DNA of 63,333 bases, filler included, from Craspedostauros australis (taxonomy: Eukaryota): assembly GCA_030167865.1 (NCBI GenBank). It is 4 parts of 4 records of this genome, joined end to end, with 100 filler letters (N's around TTAATTAATTAA, not from the genome) between each part and the next. Parts side by side here need not be neighbours in the genome. Positions count along the whole stretch, not along the records: positions 1 to 16,790 come from JALAGF010000362.1; positions 16,891 to 27,132 come from JALAGF010000363.1; 2 more parts are not named here. The stretch is one strand, 5' to 3'. The notes beneath the pieces are model-generated. The model was not told the origin of the DNA. It saw only the letters and a program-made list of their open reading frames with translations, and ran no database searches. Below are positions 11,122 to 22,373 of the stretch, piece after piece. Each line of letters starts with the position of its first letter. Within the stretch, counting starts at the first letter, position 1. Both the position numbers and the translations under genes were made by a program.

Positions 11122-11635
11122 GCAACATCGATGGCTTCGCCGTGATCGATACCCACCATGTTTTTTCATATAATATCCCTTGCATAATGTATTTAGAGCA
11201 GGACGCTTCGCTCCCATACAGTATGGTCTTCTCCAGTCCAGCGTACGAGTACTACTGGGCCTCAGCCATCTTCGATTGTTGTTGTGGCGACTCGGCTCGA
11301 GCCTTCCGTATGTGCGTGCATGCTGCTGCTGATCCGCTGAATTGCCCCTGACACCATTTCAGTTCGGTGGCGACCTCTCTTGTGCACAGAACAGAAAAGG
11401 AAAACGTGTTGTGAATTGTTCCCCAAAAGATACCAAAAGTGAGTCACGGTCATTGCGAAATGCCAGTGACTCAATCGGGCCAACATCAACTTCGCCGCAC
11501 ACAAACAAGAGCAGAGAACACAGAACAGGCAAAGCCACATGAGAGCTCTTCCCGCTCATCCACCCATCCACCCATCCACTCATCTACCCATCCATCCACA
11601 CACACCCACACGTCAACAGCCACAAGAAGGGCATC

Positions 11636-13264
11636 ATGGCGAAGCTATCGAGGCTGTCCAAGCTGTCGTTCCTCGCGGTCGCAATTCTGGTGCTGCATGC
11701 GTTCTCGATAGCGCAATTCAACCAAAGCCCTTCCATCCAACAGTTCAAGGAGCAGTCGGTCTCATTGTGGTCGACATCGTTACCGTCGCTGCCGTCGTTG
11801 TCAAATATCATTGACGGGAAGCGGCAGGCGAACACGACGCTCGTCATCGTTATCGGCAACATTCGATGCGGCGAGGACGCCTGGGAGTCGCTGTACACCA
11901 ACGTGCTGGACAACAACAACGCGGACCTGGCCTTAATGATCGGCGACACCTATCCGCAGCATCAGAATTCCAGCATGTTCGACCGCGCCAAGTACACTTG
12001 GAGATTTCAAGAATATGACGATTGGGCGGACGCCATCGATCTGGTGAACGGGCCGGAATGGAGAACGACGTTGCTGCCGCATGTTGGCAACGATGGATTG
12101 TTGGGTGGTGTCAAAGGCAAAAGGAGCGGTGGTGGTTTGCTGATGATGGTCCGATGGTTCCTCATGCAGCACCTGGAAGAAGACAAGATCCTGGCCAAAT
12201 ATGACAAATTCGTCATTACGCGGTCAGATCATTACTATCAGTGCCCGCACGATCTGACGCCGCTGGACACGGAGCAATTCTTGTGGATTCCGTACGGCGA
12301 ATCGTACGGTGGCTACAATGATCGCCATCTTGTGGTCGGTAAGAATCACATTATCCCCGCGATCGATCTGATCACGCCGCTGGTGACGAAACCGGAATCC
12401 TTCACGCGCAGCGCTTTGACGATGAATGACAATATCGAGCAGTTCCAGACCAGAATCTGGCACAGAAAGGGCATCTTGCCCAAAGTGCGGCAATTCAAAC
12501 GCATGATGTTCATCTGCGCCGCTCCCTTTGAAAAGACGCGCTGGAGGAAGATGTCCTCCAAGAAGGTGCCGAATCTACGACACGACGATGTGTTCATCAA
12601 ATATCCCATCGAATACAGACAGGCGACTCGATTTTGCAACAATGCGACCACCGCCAATCTCGTGGAATACGCCGAACGGCTGCCGAAATTAAAGATCAGA
12701 AAGGGGATTCTGAATGTGGGAAAGAAGAAGAGGAGGGAAGCAGATACGGATGCGGACCAGCATGCATCATCTTCTTCTCCTCTCAACAAAGTATCCGCTG
12801 GGCCTGACGGTGACGGCGACGGTGACGACGACGATGACGATGCTGTCGGTGATAGTGAAGATGGAGATGCAGATGGCAATGAGCATGATGGGGAAGTGGC
12901 GGGCGGTGATGACAGAGACAGCAGCAACGACGTCGCGGCTGCCAATGCGAACAATGCTGGCAACGATAACAGCGCCGGCACAGTCAAAACTACAACCGCA
13001 GATGCAAATGTAGACACAAACGCAGGGGTAGATTCTGATGCGACAGGTGGTGACGCGGAGACCACCGTTGACGGCCATGATGAGGGAGACAATGAAGAGA
13101 CGGGTGCGAATGGCGTGGATGGGAATTCAGAGGCTGAGAACGATGAGCACAGTGCAAGTGGCGACGAGATGGAAGCGGACAGTGCACATAATGATGATGA
13201 CGAAGAGGCCAATGAAGGAGAGGCCGACGAAGACAGCAAAACACCGGTTTCCCGCATATCATAG
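11636..13264 (+). CDS. Uncharacterised type-II membrane/secreted protein with long Asp/Glu/Gly/Asn-rich tail; paralog B
   Basis: 542-aa ORF. The core is nearly identical in stretches to paralog A (EYDDWADAIDLVNGPEWRTTLLPHVGN, KYDKFVITRSDHYYQCPHDL), followed by an acidic low-complexity C-terminus of about 170 aa. Confidence 0.75.
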   Translation: MAKLSRLSKLSFLAVAILVLHAFSIAQFNQSPSIQQFKEQSVSLWSTSLPSLPSLSNIIDGKRQANTTLVIVIGNIRCGEDAWESLYTNVLDNNNADLALMIGDTYPQHQNSSMFDRAKYTWRFQEYDDWADAIDLVNGPEWRTTLLPHVGNDGLLGGVKGKRSGGGLLMMVRWFLMQHLEEDKILAKYDKFVITRSDHYYQCPHDLTPLDTEQFLWIPYGESYGGYNDRHLVVGKNHIIPAIDLITPLVTKPESFTRSALTMNDNIEQFQTRIWHRKGILPKVRQFKRMMFICAAPFEKTRWRKMSSKKVPNLRHDDVFIKYPIEYRQATRFCNNATTANLVEYAERLPKLKIRKGILNVGKKKRREADTDADQHASSSSPLNKVSAGPDGDGDGDDDDDDAVGDSEDGDADGNEHDGEVAGGDDRDSSNDVAAANANNAGNDNSAGTVKTTTADANVDTNAGVDSDATGGDAETTVDGHDEGDNEETGANGVDGNSEAENDEHSASGDEMEADSAHNDDDEEANEGEADEDSKTPVSRIS

Positions 13265-13586
13265 AAAGAAGCGCTCTGAATGGTACCATCGCCGCAGTTG
13301 TTCATTGGGATGACAATGGCAACAACAATGACGATGGCAATGACGAATTCAATAGCCGCATTGGTGCACAGAGAGCGACTAAGACAATCGATTTGATGGC
13401 TTGTTTCATTTGTTGCCGAATACGTCCGCCTAACGTGCTTGTCTTTGATACAATGGGACTTGGCCAAGGGGAGGAAATGACGTGAGAAGAATACTCTGCC
13501 GTGATCACAGAAGAATGAATCTGATGCTGGCTGGTTTGTATACTTCAATACATGCCGCAACCGAGAGACCTCAAGACGCACAGAAG

Positions 13587-14264
13587 ATGATCCTCTCCGG
13601 CGTCAAGTTGTTGTTGTTGCTGCTGCTTGGAGCTGCAGTCCTCGAAATTGTATCTCCGTTGCTTTCTGAAAGGATTGTGTTCCTGACATGCGACCACACA
13701 CGCTGTCCCGATTCCAACGGAACTTGAAGTCATCTCCCTGCGTAGGTTGGATGACCATCTCGATCGACCAACAGATGATACGGGCCCCGCACGTTCTGGA
13801 TCCCAACAGCTCCGACTTGGCGTTGCTTACCGGCGATCTCCACCCCAAACATCGCGATGCGAGCCTCTTCGCGGGCGCCGCATACCTGTGGAGGTTTGGG
13901 CGGATGCCGTTGGCTGGAATGACCGCCACGAGACCATCATCGATCTCATCATGAGCACTTCGTCCGCAGCTGGTGCGCGATGACCGAGCGGATGCAAACG
14001 AGGATCTGGTACCGCCGCGGCATCTTGCACCGATTCCGATCGTTCTGGCGCATGATGATGGTGTGCGCCGTTACGACGGATGCCACGAAGATGATGAAAC
14101 CACGCATGCCGAACACCAACGCCCTGTTCATCAAGTACACGAAAGATTCCGATTCTGCGGATCCATTTTGCAAATCCGATCAGAGAATGAAGAAGCTGCT
14201 GGAAGGGTGGGACGAGTATTCGGAGCTCGACATCAACGATTGTGATCTGAGCAATTACCCCTGA
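13587..14264 (+). pseudogene. Degenerate third copy of the paralog A/B family
   Basis: Fragments in different frames: signal-like MILSGVKLLLLLLLGAAV; HVLDPNSSDLALLTGDLHPKHRDASLFAGAAYLWRF (vs NVLDNNNADLALMIGDTYPQHQNSSMFDRAKYTWRF); DRHETIIDLI; ERMQTRIWYRRGILHRFRSFWRMMMVCA...LFIKY. The central core is deleted. Confidence 0.75.
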
Positions 14265-14594
14265 TCGATCAGATGGAACAGCATGCGAAGCGGTTGGTGT
14301 CGATGTTGAGATGAATAAGACGGGCAATGGAATAGCAGATTCGTCCAATGTGTTCGATCTACACAAAATAGCTTTCATACTCGTACGTGACATCGACATC
14401 GACATGCACAGAATCTTATCCTTTTGCATGCATTGTATCATAGCTCGTGCTTGCCAGCGAGGGTCGGAATGTACCATAGAAGTACAGTTCGTGTGCTAGC
14501 TTATCGTAATTAGCCTTGGAAGGTATTGTACCACACATACTTGGAGATACAGTACATGTGCCCACCAACTCTAGAGTAGCCGCATCGGGGTTGC

Positions 14595-15821
14595 TTAGTT
14601 TGCACGTTCGTAATTGATGATGCGTCCGAACTTGTCGGCGACGAGCGATGCTCCTCCGACGAGGCATCCATCGATGTCTGGCTGGGCCATGAGCTTGTCG
14701 ACGCTCTCCGGAGTGACTGATCCTCCGTACTGAATTCGCGTCTGCTCGGCGACCTCCTCATCGAAGAGACGGGCAAGTACCGTTCGGAGGTATGCGTGGA
14801 CCTCGTCTATCATTTTGGGTGCAATGGCGAAGGCAGATGCAATTTGCGGAAATGGTCGTGCGGTCGCAATAGAGAATCGAGATACCGAACGGTAGAATGG
14901 AGGTGGTGCGCGACGGTGAGAAAATACTATTGCAAACTGCCGATGCAACATCAACCCGTCATGTGGCAGATTCTTCAAGAAGGAGCGCAGGAAGAGTTGC
15001 AACCAACTCCATTCCATCCAAATAAAAACGCTCCCAACCAACCAACAGATTAACCAACGGACCAGCCAGGCTATTCAAAACGTAAAAAGTGAACGAATGA
15101 ACGAACGAACGTGCATGGTGCACTTACTGGCATCCTCTGGGTTGCAGACCAGTCCAGTTCCGATGGCCCAAACTGGCTCGTAGGCAATGACGACATTCTT
15201 CATCTGCTCCTTGGTGACATCCTGAAGATCCTTGGTGAGCTGCATGGCGCAAACCTCGTTCTTGATGTTGAGGTCGTACTCGTCCTTGGTCTCGCCGATG
15301 CAGAGGATTGGCTTCATGCCGGATTCGAGGACCTTGCGCACCTTGCGGTTGATGGCGGCGTCGTCATCGTTGAAGAGAGTGCGGCGCTCGGAGTGTCCGC
15401 AGAGGATGTACTCGCATCCGATGGACTTGACCATGCTGGCCGAGACGGAGCCGGTGTAGGCGCCCTTGTCCTCGAAGAAGATGGACTGGGCTCCGACGGT
15501 GATGCCGGCCTCGTCGGCGATGTCCTTGACGGTGCGGATGAAGGGGTGGGGCGGGAAGACGACGACCTCGGTACATCCGTCGTTCTCCTCGTCCATGGGG
15601 CAGGTCTCCTCTCCGAGCATCTTGGTGAGGCTGGAGACGAGGTTGATGGCCTCCTCCTCGGTGGACGGGTTCATCTTCCAGTTGCCGGCCATGATTGGCT
15701 GACGCGAGGCCTCGATGGTGGAGGTGGAAGACGATCGGGAGAAGGCTGGGCGAACGCTGTTCAGGAAGGCTTCGGATCCAGCCAAAGTGGCAGCAACGGC
15801 GATTGCGATAGTGAACTTCAT
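14595..15821 (-). CDS. TPI: Triosephosphate isomerase, plastid-targeted; exons 15821-15128 and 14806-14595
   Basis: [38 protein letters not shown]. Presequence [26 protein letters not shown] donor at 15127 and ATAG acceptor at 14807 (321-nt intron) join DA-N-EVHAYLR. Confidence 0.97.
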
Positions 15822-15829
15822 CTTGTCTT

Positions 15830-15975
15830 TGGAATGGAATGGAAGAGTGGAGTGGAGTGGAGTGTTGGATTGGATTGGATTGGATTGGAGAGTGGGTTTT
15901 CGGCTTTCTTTGCGTCGGATGGGAATTTGTGAGGATATCAATACGATGTGATGTGATACGATGTGATGTGATGTG
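15830..15975. repeat. Pentanucleotide microsatellites (GGAGT, GGATT, GATGT) upstream of the TPI start
   Basis: Directly visible tandem runs. Confidence 0.85.
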
Positions 15976-16366
15976 ACGTCTCTGGCGAAAGCACAGCGAG
16001 GTGGTTTCTGTGCTCCTTCCCTGTCGCTGATGCGCTGTCACCTCTCAGTGCTCGTGACCTTGTACGCCACCTGCTGCTTTCGTTGGCTGTCGCTTTTGGA
16101 TTTGCCTTCCATTTTGATTGGTGTTGCGGTCGCCGTTGCCATCACACCGTTGTTGGTGCTTCGAATCCGAACTGCAGGGAGCCATGGTAATATAGATAAT
16201 TTCCCTCAGGTCTAAAAACAAAGACCCAACGGGATTCATTCGAATTGGCAACCACACAAACAAAAAATGACAACAACAACAGGCAAAATGGGTCTCCTGC
16301 GCGATGCATTGTTCATGCGTGTACAACCAATTACTCTGCTCTGCTCTACTGGCTTAGTCTGTCTCT

Positions 16367-16790
16367 CTAGTAGCTGACTTGGAAAGGCTGGAAGAAGCCT
16401 TCATCAATGGACAGCTGTGTGATCATGGCAACCACCTTGAACACTGTCTTGTGAAGTTTCATGTTGTGGCGAAATGGTTCATACAAGATCTTCCATTTCT
16501 TGAAGAGACGATTGATGGTTTCGTGTCTTGCTCTTGCTTGCTTCTTGCCNNNNNNNNNNNNNNNNNNNNNNNNNNNNNNNNNNNNNNNNNNNNNNNNNNN
16601 NNNNNNNNNNNNNNNNNNNNNNNNNNNNNNNNNNNNNNNNNNNNNNCCCGCGAGCGAACGGTTGAAGATCTTTTGGTCAGGCCATTCACCACAAGGGAAT
16701 GGACCGTGGCACCAAACGATGTCACCAGTTTGAATGCAAATCGCCACCTCGTACCGCAGACCAGCGCCCTTGTATTTGTGACTGTACCAC
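16367..16790 (-). mobile_element. PIF/Harbinger-type (DDE_Tnp_4-like) transposase, C-terminal fragment, interrupted by Ns and cut by a contig end
   Basis: Reads WYSHKYKGAGLRYEVAICIQTGDIVWCHGPFPCGEWPDQKIF...RARHETINRLFKKWKIL..FRH. YSxK, G.x.D and R..xE..N..xK.W.IL are hallmarks of IS5/PIF/Harbinger DDE transposases. An N-run covers 16550-16646. Confidence 0.85.
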
Positions 16791-16890
16791 NNNNNNNNNN
16801 NNNNNNNNNNNNNNNNNNNNNNNNNNNNNNNNNNTTAATTAATTAANNNNNNNNNNNNNNNNNNNNNNNNNNNNNNNNNNNNNNNNNNNN
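16791..16890. other. Assembly linker N44-TTAATTAATTAA-N44
   Basis: A 100-nt spacer with stops in all six frames, identical to the ones at 27133 and 53218. Confidence 0.95.
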
Positions 16891-17026
16891 ATCATAAGCA
16901 GTTGTTTGGATGGTTTTGGGTGTGCTCTAATTTAGTCTACTTTATCACGACTCATCACGAGTAAAACTCAAAAAACACTCCACAACTAGTGTTATCGTGA
17001 GTGCATCAACTGCGACCTGGAGGTCG
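16891..17026. mobile_element. Right end of TIR DNA transposon, copy 1 (TIR 16977-17026, followed by TA)
   Basis: 16891-17030 is identical to 27233-27372. Its last 50 nt before the TA are the reverse complement of 26755-26804, with 1 mismatch. Confidence 0.85.
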
Positions 17027-17938
17027 TATGTCTGTCAATAGGTAGAGCGACACATATGCGACATGCTACAGACAAATTTACATTCGAAAAGAGTCTTGAG
17101 CTAGTCTGGCACGCCTGCAGGATTTGTCACAAATCATCCACGATCTCTCATCGAATCTGGTGTCACACGGCTATCTTCCATTGTTAGACTAACTACTAAT
17201 TTGGCGACGCGATAACCGTGCAAACTGGCATCGACTCCACTCACTGTGGTCGGTAGGATCTTGGAGATTCAGCAACTCGAACATACCAGGCCTGCAAACA
17301 CTCCACACGAGGAGGTGAAGACGGATCTGTGAACCATGCGATGCCACACCAAAGCAAAAAGGTGTCTGTGCCAAACACCAGCACATGATCGCGCCTGGGC
17401 GTCAGCACAACTCTCGATGTCATTGGTGACACATCTCAGGCACAAGTGCAGAAAGAACGGGATTGGTGATGGTCGATCGTGTGTTGGTTGGTCGAGATTG
17501 AGTCGTGATGATCTTCTGTCGTGTTCTTTCATGGGCATCGTCACAATTTGATGGTTGGGCTTTGACTATCCCATCAACTTTGAGGAGCCTCGCGCGACGC
17601 GCCTTCGTTTGCATTCCCACGCCACCGTGTCACACTTGCACATCTCATCCGGTTCGCTGATGTGCAAGACGATCTATCGATGTGATGACCATTGGCGATT
17701 CCCTCAGCCCTTTGCCGTGGTCCTCTGCTGTGGGGCCTTTTGGCGCCATATCTGTTTCCGCCCGATTGCAGATCGTGCTATACCAAGTTGAACAGAGTAG
17801 TTGTATTGGACGGCGCGAATTTTGCAAGATTCCTGGAAGTAACCGGTGACGATCGGATACGTTGCACATATGCATACCCGTAGCTTGCAGTTCATGGATG
17901 GCCCAATCAATCGGTTGAAACATCCATCGATTCATGTG

Positions 17939-20900
17939 TTACCGAAAGGGAACCGAAGGCTCCCCCTCAAGTGCTCTCGCAGCGGTCTTTGTTCTCGTTG
18001 CGATGGTGCTGTGCTGCTTCAGAATCGCCTTGATTGCTTTGCCCTTGAAGTATGTTGCGGCTGCACTCACGGCTCGGTCAGGATTGTTCTGAATGAACGT
18101 GCCTGTTGTTTCGTGTGCGGAGTATTAGCACCAGGCGTTATCCAATCGTATTATATGAGTATGAGTTCCACGAGCAATGTGGATAGTGCAGCATTCAAAG
18201 AAGAAAACAGGCATACGTGTGAGCGTTGGCACCGGTATGATCATTCATTCGCGCAGCTCGCAAGGTCCCGCAATCAGTGTCCTGTGCAAACTACGAGTAC
18301 AAACGAGCGCGGAGTCGTGGAGTAGCTTCACTTACCGATGGTGGAGACGACCATCCGCGATCGCTCAACTCCTTTCAGAACGAGCCGAGGATCCAAGTCC
18401 CGCTCATCTTTTGTCTCCATTGCTTGTCGCAGAGACGCATGCGCCACCAGCATGGAAGCCATGTACACCTGAGCCGCAATGTGGCTGTTCCACACCAACC
18501 GCAGCATGCGGCGACGTTCCCGGCGAGAGCAATCGTCGAAGGAACCCATTCTCAGGACTGGCCGCAACGATTCGATCATTGCATTCGCCGAATCGCCGAC
18601 CTCGCACAGCAGGTTGCGGGTCGCACCCAACGAAATGAGCAATTCATTCGAGCAGTGTTCGTCGTATACATCCTTCGTCGTCCAATCACCGTCATCCGGA
18701 GATTTCGATCGGAGTATCGATGTCCGTCGCAGCTCGTCCTCAATCTGAGGAACGTCACGGATCTGCTGCAGCGCGTCCGGGATCTGCTGGAATTCGCCCA
18801 TGGATCGATCGAACATCCTCTCAAAGTCCTCGGACTGATGCTGGATGGACAGCAAGGCTCGCAGAGCATCATGGGCGTTCCCAAGGTGCTTGATAGTAGC
18901 AGTAGAATATGAAAAGGTTGGCCGATATCGTGCTGGATAATTGACGCCAACCATACCCTCACGCCTATCGTCTTCATCATGAAAGAAACTGGTGTCGCCG
19001 TTGATACTGTTGCTGCTGTCGATGCTATTGGTGATATTGTCAGCGAGACCATGTCCATTCGTATCCTGCGAACCGTTTGCTCCTGCTGCCGGTATTCCTG
19101 TTGTTATGATTGTTGCTGCAGTTTCAACTCCATCGTGATCCTCTCCTTGGCGACGAAAGGAAAGGGATTCCACGGACGCGTTGTGCATGGCAGCAAGCAC
19201 GAGGTACACCATATCCCATAGATTCGACTTGGTGCCATATCTTGACTCCAGTTGCTGCAATGTCACTGCCGCACTCCCCTTTGCGCGGCAAGACAGCCAT
19301 CTTCTCAGTTCGTGGTCGAATTGATCGTCCAACAAACCGTGGCTCAAGGTAGCGCGGACATTGGGACCGCCACACGATGAGGCAAACAGATCCGTGAGCA
19401 AGGCGGTCGTTGATCCTCTCAAAACCTTGCGGACGAGTTGATTTTCAACGCGGTTCGGTGCACGGCCGTCTATCACGGATTGATCTCCCGTTACCGTGAG
19501 GTACGGATGCACCAGCAAATTGTGCAGGTTGCGCTGGCCATGCCCATCCAGCGTCACGTAGAACACACCGGGACGAGCCCAGCGATCATCTGGCAGATCA
19601 TTGACATCGCACCAATCCACACGGAGGGCATTCTCCAGGAGGATGGAGAGAACGGCGAGAGCGCATGCTGGGCACGCCGATCTCGCTGTCTCGCTGGCAG
19701 CTGGTGAAAGCCATTCATGGACGACGAAGTCAAACAGACGCTGATGTGCGCGAGATGGCAGCCACTGCCGAATGGTGTCGAGATTGTTCTGACTACCCAG
19801 CACCTCGTGTTCTCCGAATTCCATCACGGCATTGAGATCAGGCTGGTCTTGTCGATAAGGTGGAAATGTGTATGCGAATGATTCTGATGATTGCGCAATT
19901 GTCGTTGGCGAGGACTGCTGGTGCAATCGATGAGTGAGAACAGCAATCAGCGATAGCCACGGCCTTGGGAGGTCGTCCACAAATCCATGCCACAGCAGGT
20001 TGCGCAGATTTAAACCTGGACTGGGCAGAAGGAGAATCTGCAAGATGGATTGGATGATGGCTCTGTCATCTGTGCCATCTGCACCGTTCGCCGTGGTTGT
20101 TGACGCGCAGTCATCTCGCAGCTGCGCGATCATGCTTTTCAGCAGCGGCGCCTTCCCGGTCATGTATCCCAACGATGATCGTATCGCAGATTCCAACCCA
20201 TTGATGGCCAACAACGATGCGATCGTTCTCCGCACCGCGGCTGTTGGTGTTGCTGCTGATGCTGATGCACCCGTAGGCACATCATCCTCTTCGTTGTCAT
20301 TGTCATGCTCTAGTCGAGCCAGTTCGATCCACGCTTGGATGGATGGTGGGAAGCCACCAGCATCCGACGATGATTGGAATAACAACTGATCACACTGCAA
20401 TGCCAACTGAATCAGATCGTCGGTTGAAAGCGGCGACGGCACTTTGTGGCTGGAAGACTCGTCACCGTCATCTCCAGCGCCATTGAAGTTGCTGACGAAG
20501 GAGTCCCTGAGTTGGAAGGAGTCTGGATCCACTTGGAGACGTGCTGGACGACGCACGCCACTAGTAGTCGCACTATCCGCAGCATCTCCATCATCCCGTC
20601 CTAACTCCAGCTCTAATGTCAGCGAGAGTGGTTTTGAAATGGCAGGATGGATGAATGGGAAGCGAATGTGGTCGGATGCAACTGGTAGTTCCATTGCTGA
20701 TGGCACCATCCGCGGGAGAGGTTCCATCGGACTGCTCCCAAAAGCCTGGCCGCAGCTTCGTCTGCCGGTGATGACAGAGCTGGAGTCCGTTCGTTCCTGC
20801 CGTCGTCCCGAGCCAGGGGCTCGCCAGGAAGCCAGCGCGAAAGCGGACGTGGAAGTTGATGCAGACGTCAACGCGGATGCCACCACTACGACACCCAACC

Positions 20901-20952
20901 GTGCCAACCGAAAGCGACACAGGGGGAGCGTAGATGGGCGAATCAGGACCAT
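17939..20952 (-). CDS. ERMARD: ERMARD/DUF4209-family protein; exons 20952-18336 and 18102-17939
   Basis: GLNLRNLLWHGF, LLENALRVDW, GVFYVTLD, GGPNVRATLSHG (two Rx4-6H HEPN-like motifs). GTAAGT donor at 18335, CTAAT branch point near 18125 and ACAG acceptor at 18103 extend the protein STI-G-TFIQNNPDRAV...PFR*. The start codon is uncertain. Confidence 0.75.
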
Positions 20953-21479
20953 GAAACCGCCGTTTCATTCAGTTGTGTCCGCGTCACCTTCGGAGAGCGT
21001 CGAACATCAACCAAGAGCACGCTCCTCCCTTCCATTCTCCTCCAACACGAAAGCGCTCTTCGAAGCCTCCCTTGCAAATCATTGTGTTTGCACGAACACG
21101 CTGTTTCTCCTCCACACCACATGAGTGGCCCTACACAACCGGAGGAGCCGCCGCGAGCAACCGACATCAAACACACCACAAAACTGCCTTTCTTGAGCGC
21201 GAAGAGAAAGATCAAGAACAGCGAAGGCGATTCTCGGATTGACAACTTCCACAAAGATCACGTCGCCAGCGACATTTTAGTCCATGTAATCGCAGCGTTT
21301 AACCGTTCTTTCTGCACAAAACGAATTTGTCGAGACAGCCCAAACGAACCACAAAACACGATCTTTGGTGATTCGAAGACTTCATCTCTCTCCAGCAGCT
21401 GTCCGAACTCTGGAATGTTCTCATCACATCACAACAAAAGGAAGAAAGAACACAGAAGCGCAGAACTACGATCTACACC

Positions 21480-22373
21480 ATGACAATCACCAACGCATCT
21501 TCAATGACGACCATCGGGATCGCCGCTGTCTTGGCGGCAGCATCGATGCATCTTGCTCAAGGTTTCACGGTTCCTGCTCCATCTTCTCGTGTCCGCGTCA
21601 ACCAACAGCGGCAATATGTTTGTTCTGCGGCCCTTGCAGCGGTTGCCAAGGAAATTGAGGAAGAGGCCTCCACTCCGCCCTCCTCTGCATCCGACCCGCA
21701 CTGGATGGACTTCCTCAAGTACGATGGCAAGCCCACGTTCGATGTGGTCGCGAAGACACAGCAGCTCACATCCGAACCTGGCTACAGGGCGTTCGATCTC
21801 TCGCGGATCCCAAGTGACTACTACGATCCGGAGTACCTCTTCCGCGGTCCCGCAGTGGGTCCGATCAATCGCGAGGATCTCGACGCAACCAACAAGCGCA
21901 TCGACATGCCCAAAATCTTCCCGGACCTGAAGCGCGAGCCATTTGGTTTCGCGGTCGATCCGGAAAATCCCTACCGCGTGCTGTACTTCGAGCGTTGGAC
22001 CTACACGCACATGGGTGATTATACGTTGAACGGATACCCCATCACGATGCCGGCGACCAACGAGTACGGTAAGCAACCACTGATGACGTTCTCAGTGAAC
22101 TGGACTCCCGAGGGCAAGATCATCTACTCGTGCCTGGGCGGCGCCGTGGATCGGTTCGAGGGCAACACCGGCGGCAAAACGGCAGTGTTCGGGCTGTTCG
22201 AAACCATGGGATTGCTCAAGGGATACAACTTCCACGTCGGCAACAAGGCGATTGGCATCGGCCAAAAGTTCAATCGCCTCATGAACGCTGCTTTGCAAGC
22301 ATTCTCCAAGGAGGCCGATATTCCATCCTGGTGGAAGAGCAAGGCGCGCGGCGTGGATGTGAACGATATGTAA
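21480..22373 (+). CDS. Plastid-targeted SnoaL/NTF2-like fold protein, paralog 1
   Basis: Signal peptide ...HLAQG-FTVP; core YLFRGPAVGPINR, FPDLKREPFGFAVDPENPYRV, ERWTYTHMG, which resembles the SnoaL ester-cyclase 'FPDL...WT.TH.G' pattern. Confidence 0.7.
   Translation: MTITNASSMTTIGIAAVLAAASMHLAQGFTVPAPSSRVRVNQQRQYVCSAALAAVAKEIEEEASTPPSSASDPHWMDFLKYDGKPTFDVVAKTQQLTSEPGYRAFDLSRIPSDYYDPEYLFRGPAVGPINREDLDATNKRIDMPKIFPDLKREPFGFAVDPENPYRVLYFERWTYTHMGDYTLNGYPITMPATNEYGKQPLMTFSVNWTPEGKIIYSCLGGAVDRFEGNTGGKTAVFGLFETMGLLKGYNFHVGNKAIGIGQKFNRLMNAALQAFSKEADIPSWWKSKARGVDVNDM

Noticed and set aside
10084..11217. Long antisense ORFs over coding genes (also 7379-8308, 12346-13581, 15111-15932, 39418-40341, 55226-57409, 60018-61349)
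   Set aside because: Shadow ORFs arising from GC3-biased codons on the opposite strand; no independent motifs.
16835..16846. TTAATTAATTAA as a piggyBac TTAA site or biological motif
   Set aside because: It sits centred in fixed N-runs three times, so it is an assembly spacer.
17030..17930. Possible continuation of the Harbinger transposase beyond the TIR
   Set aside because: No transposase motifs recognised in any listed frame.
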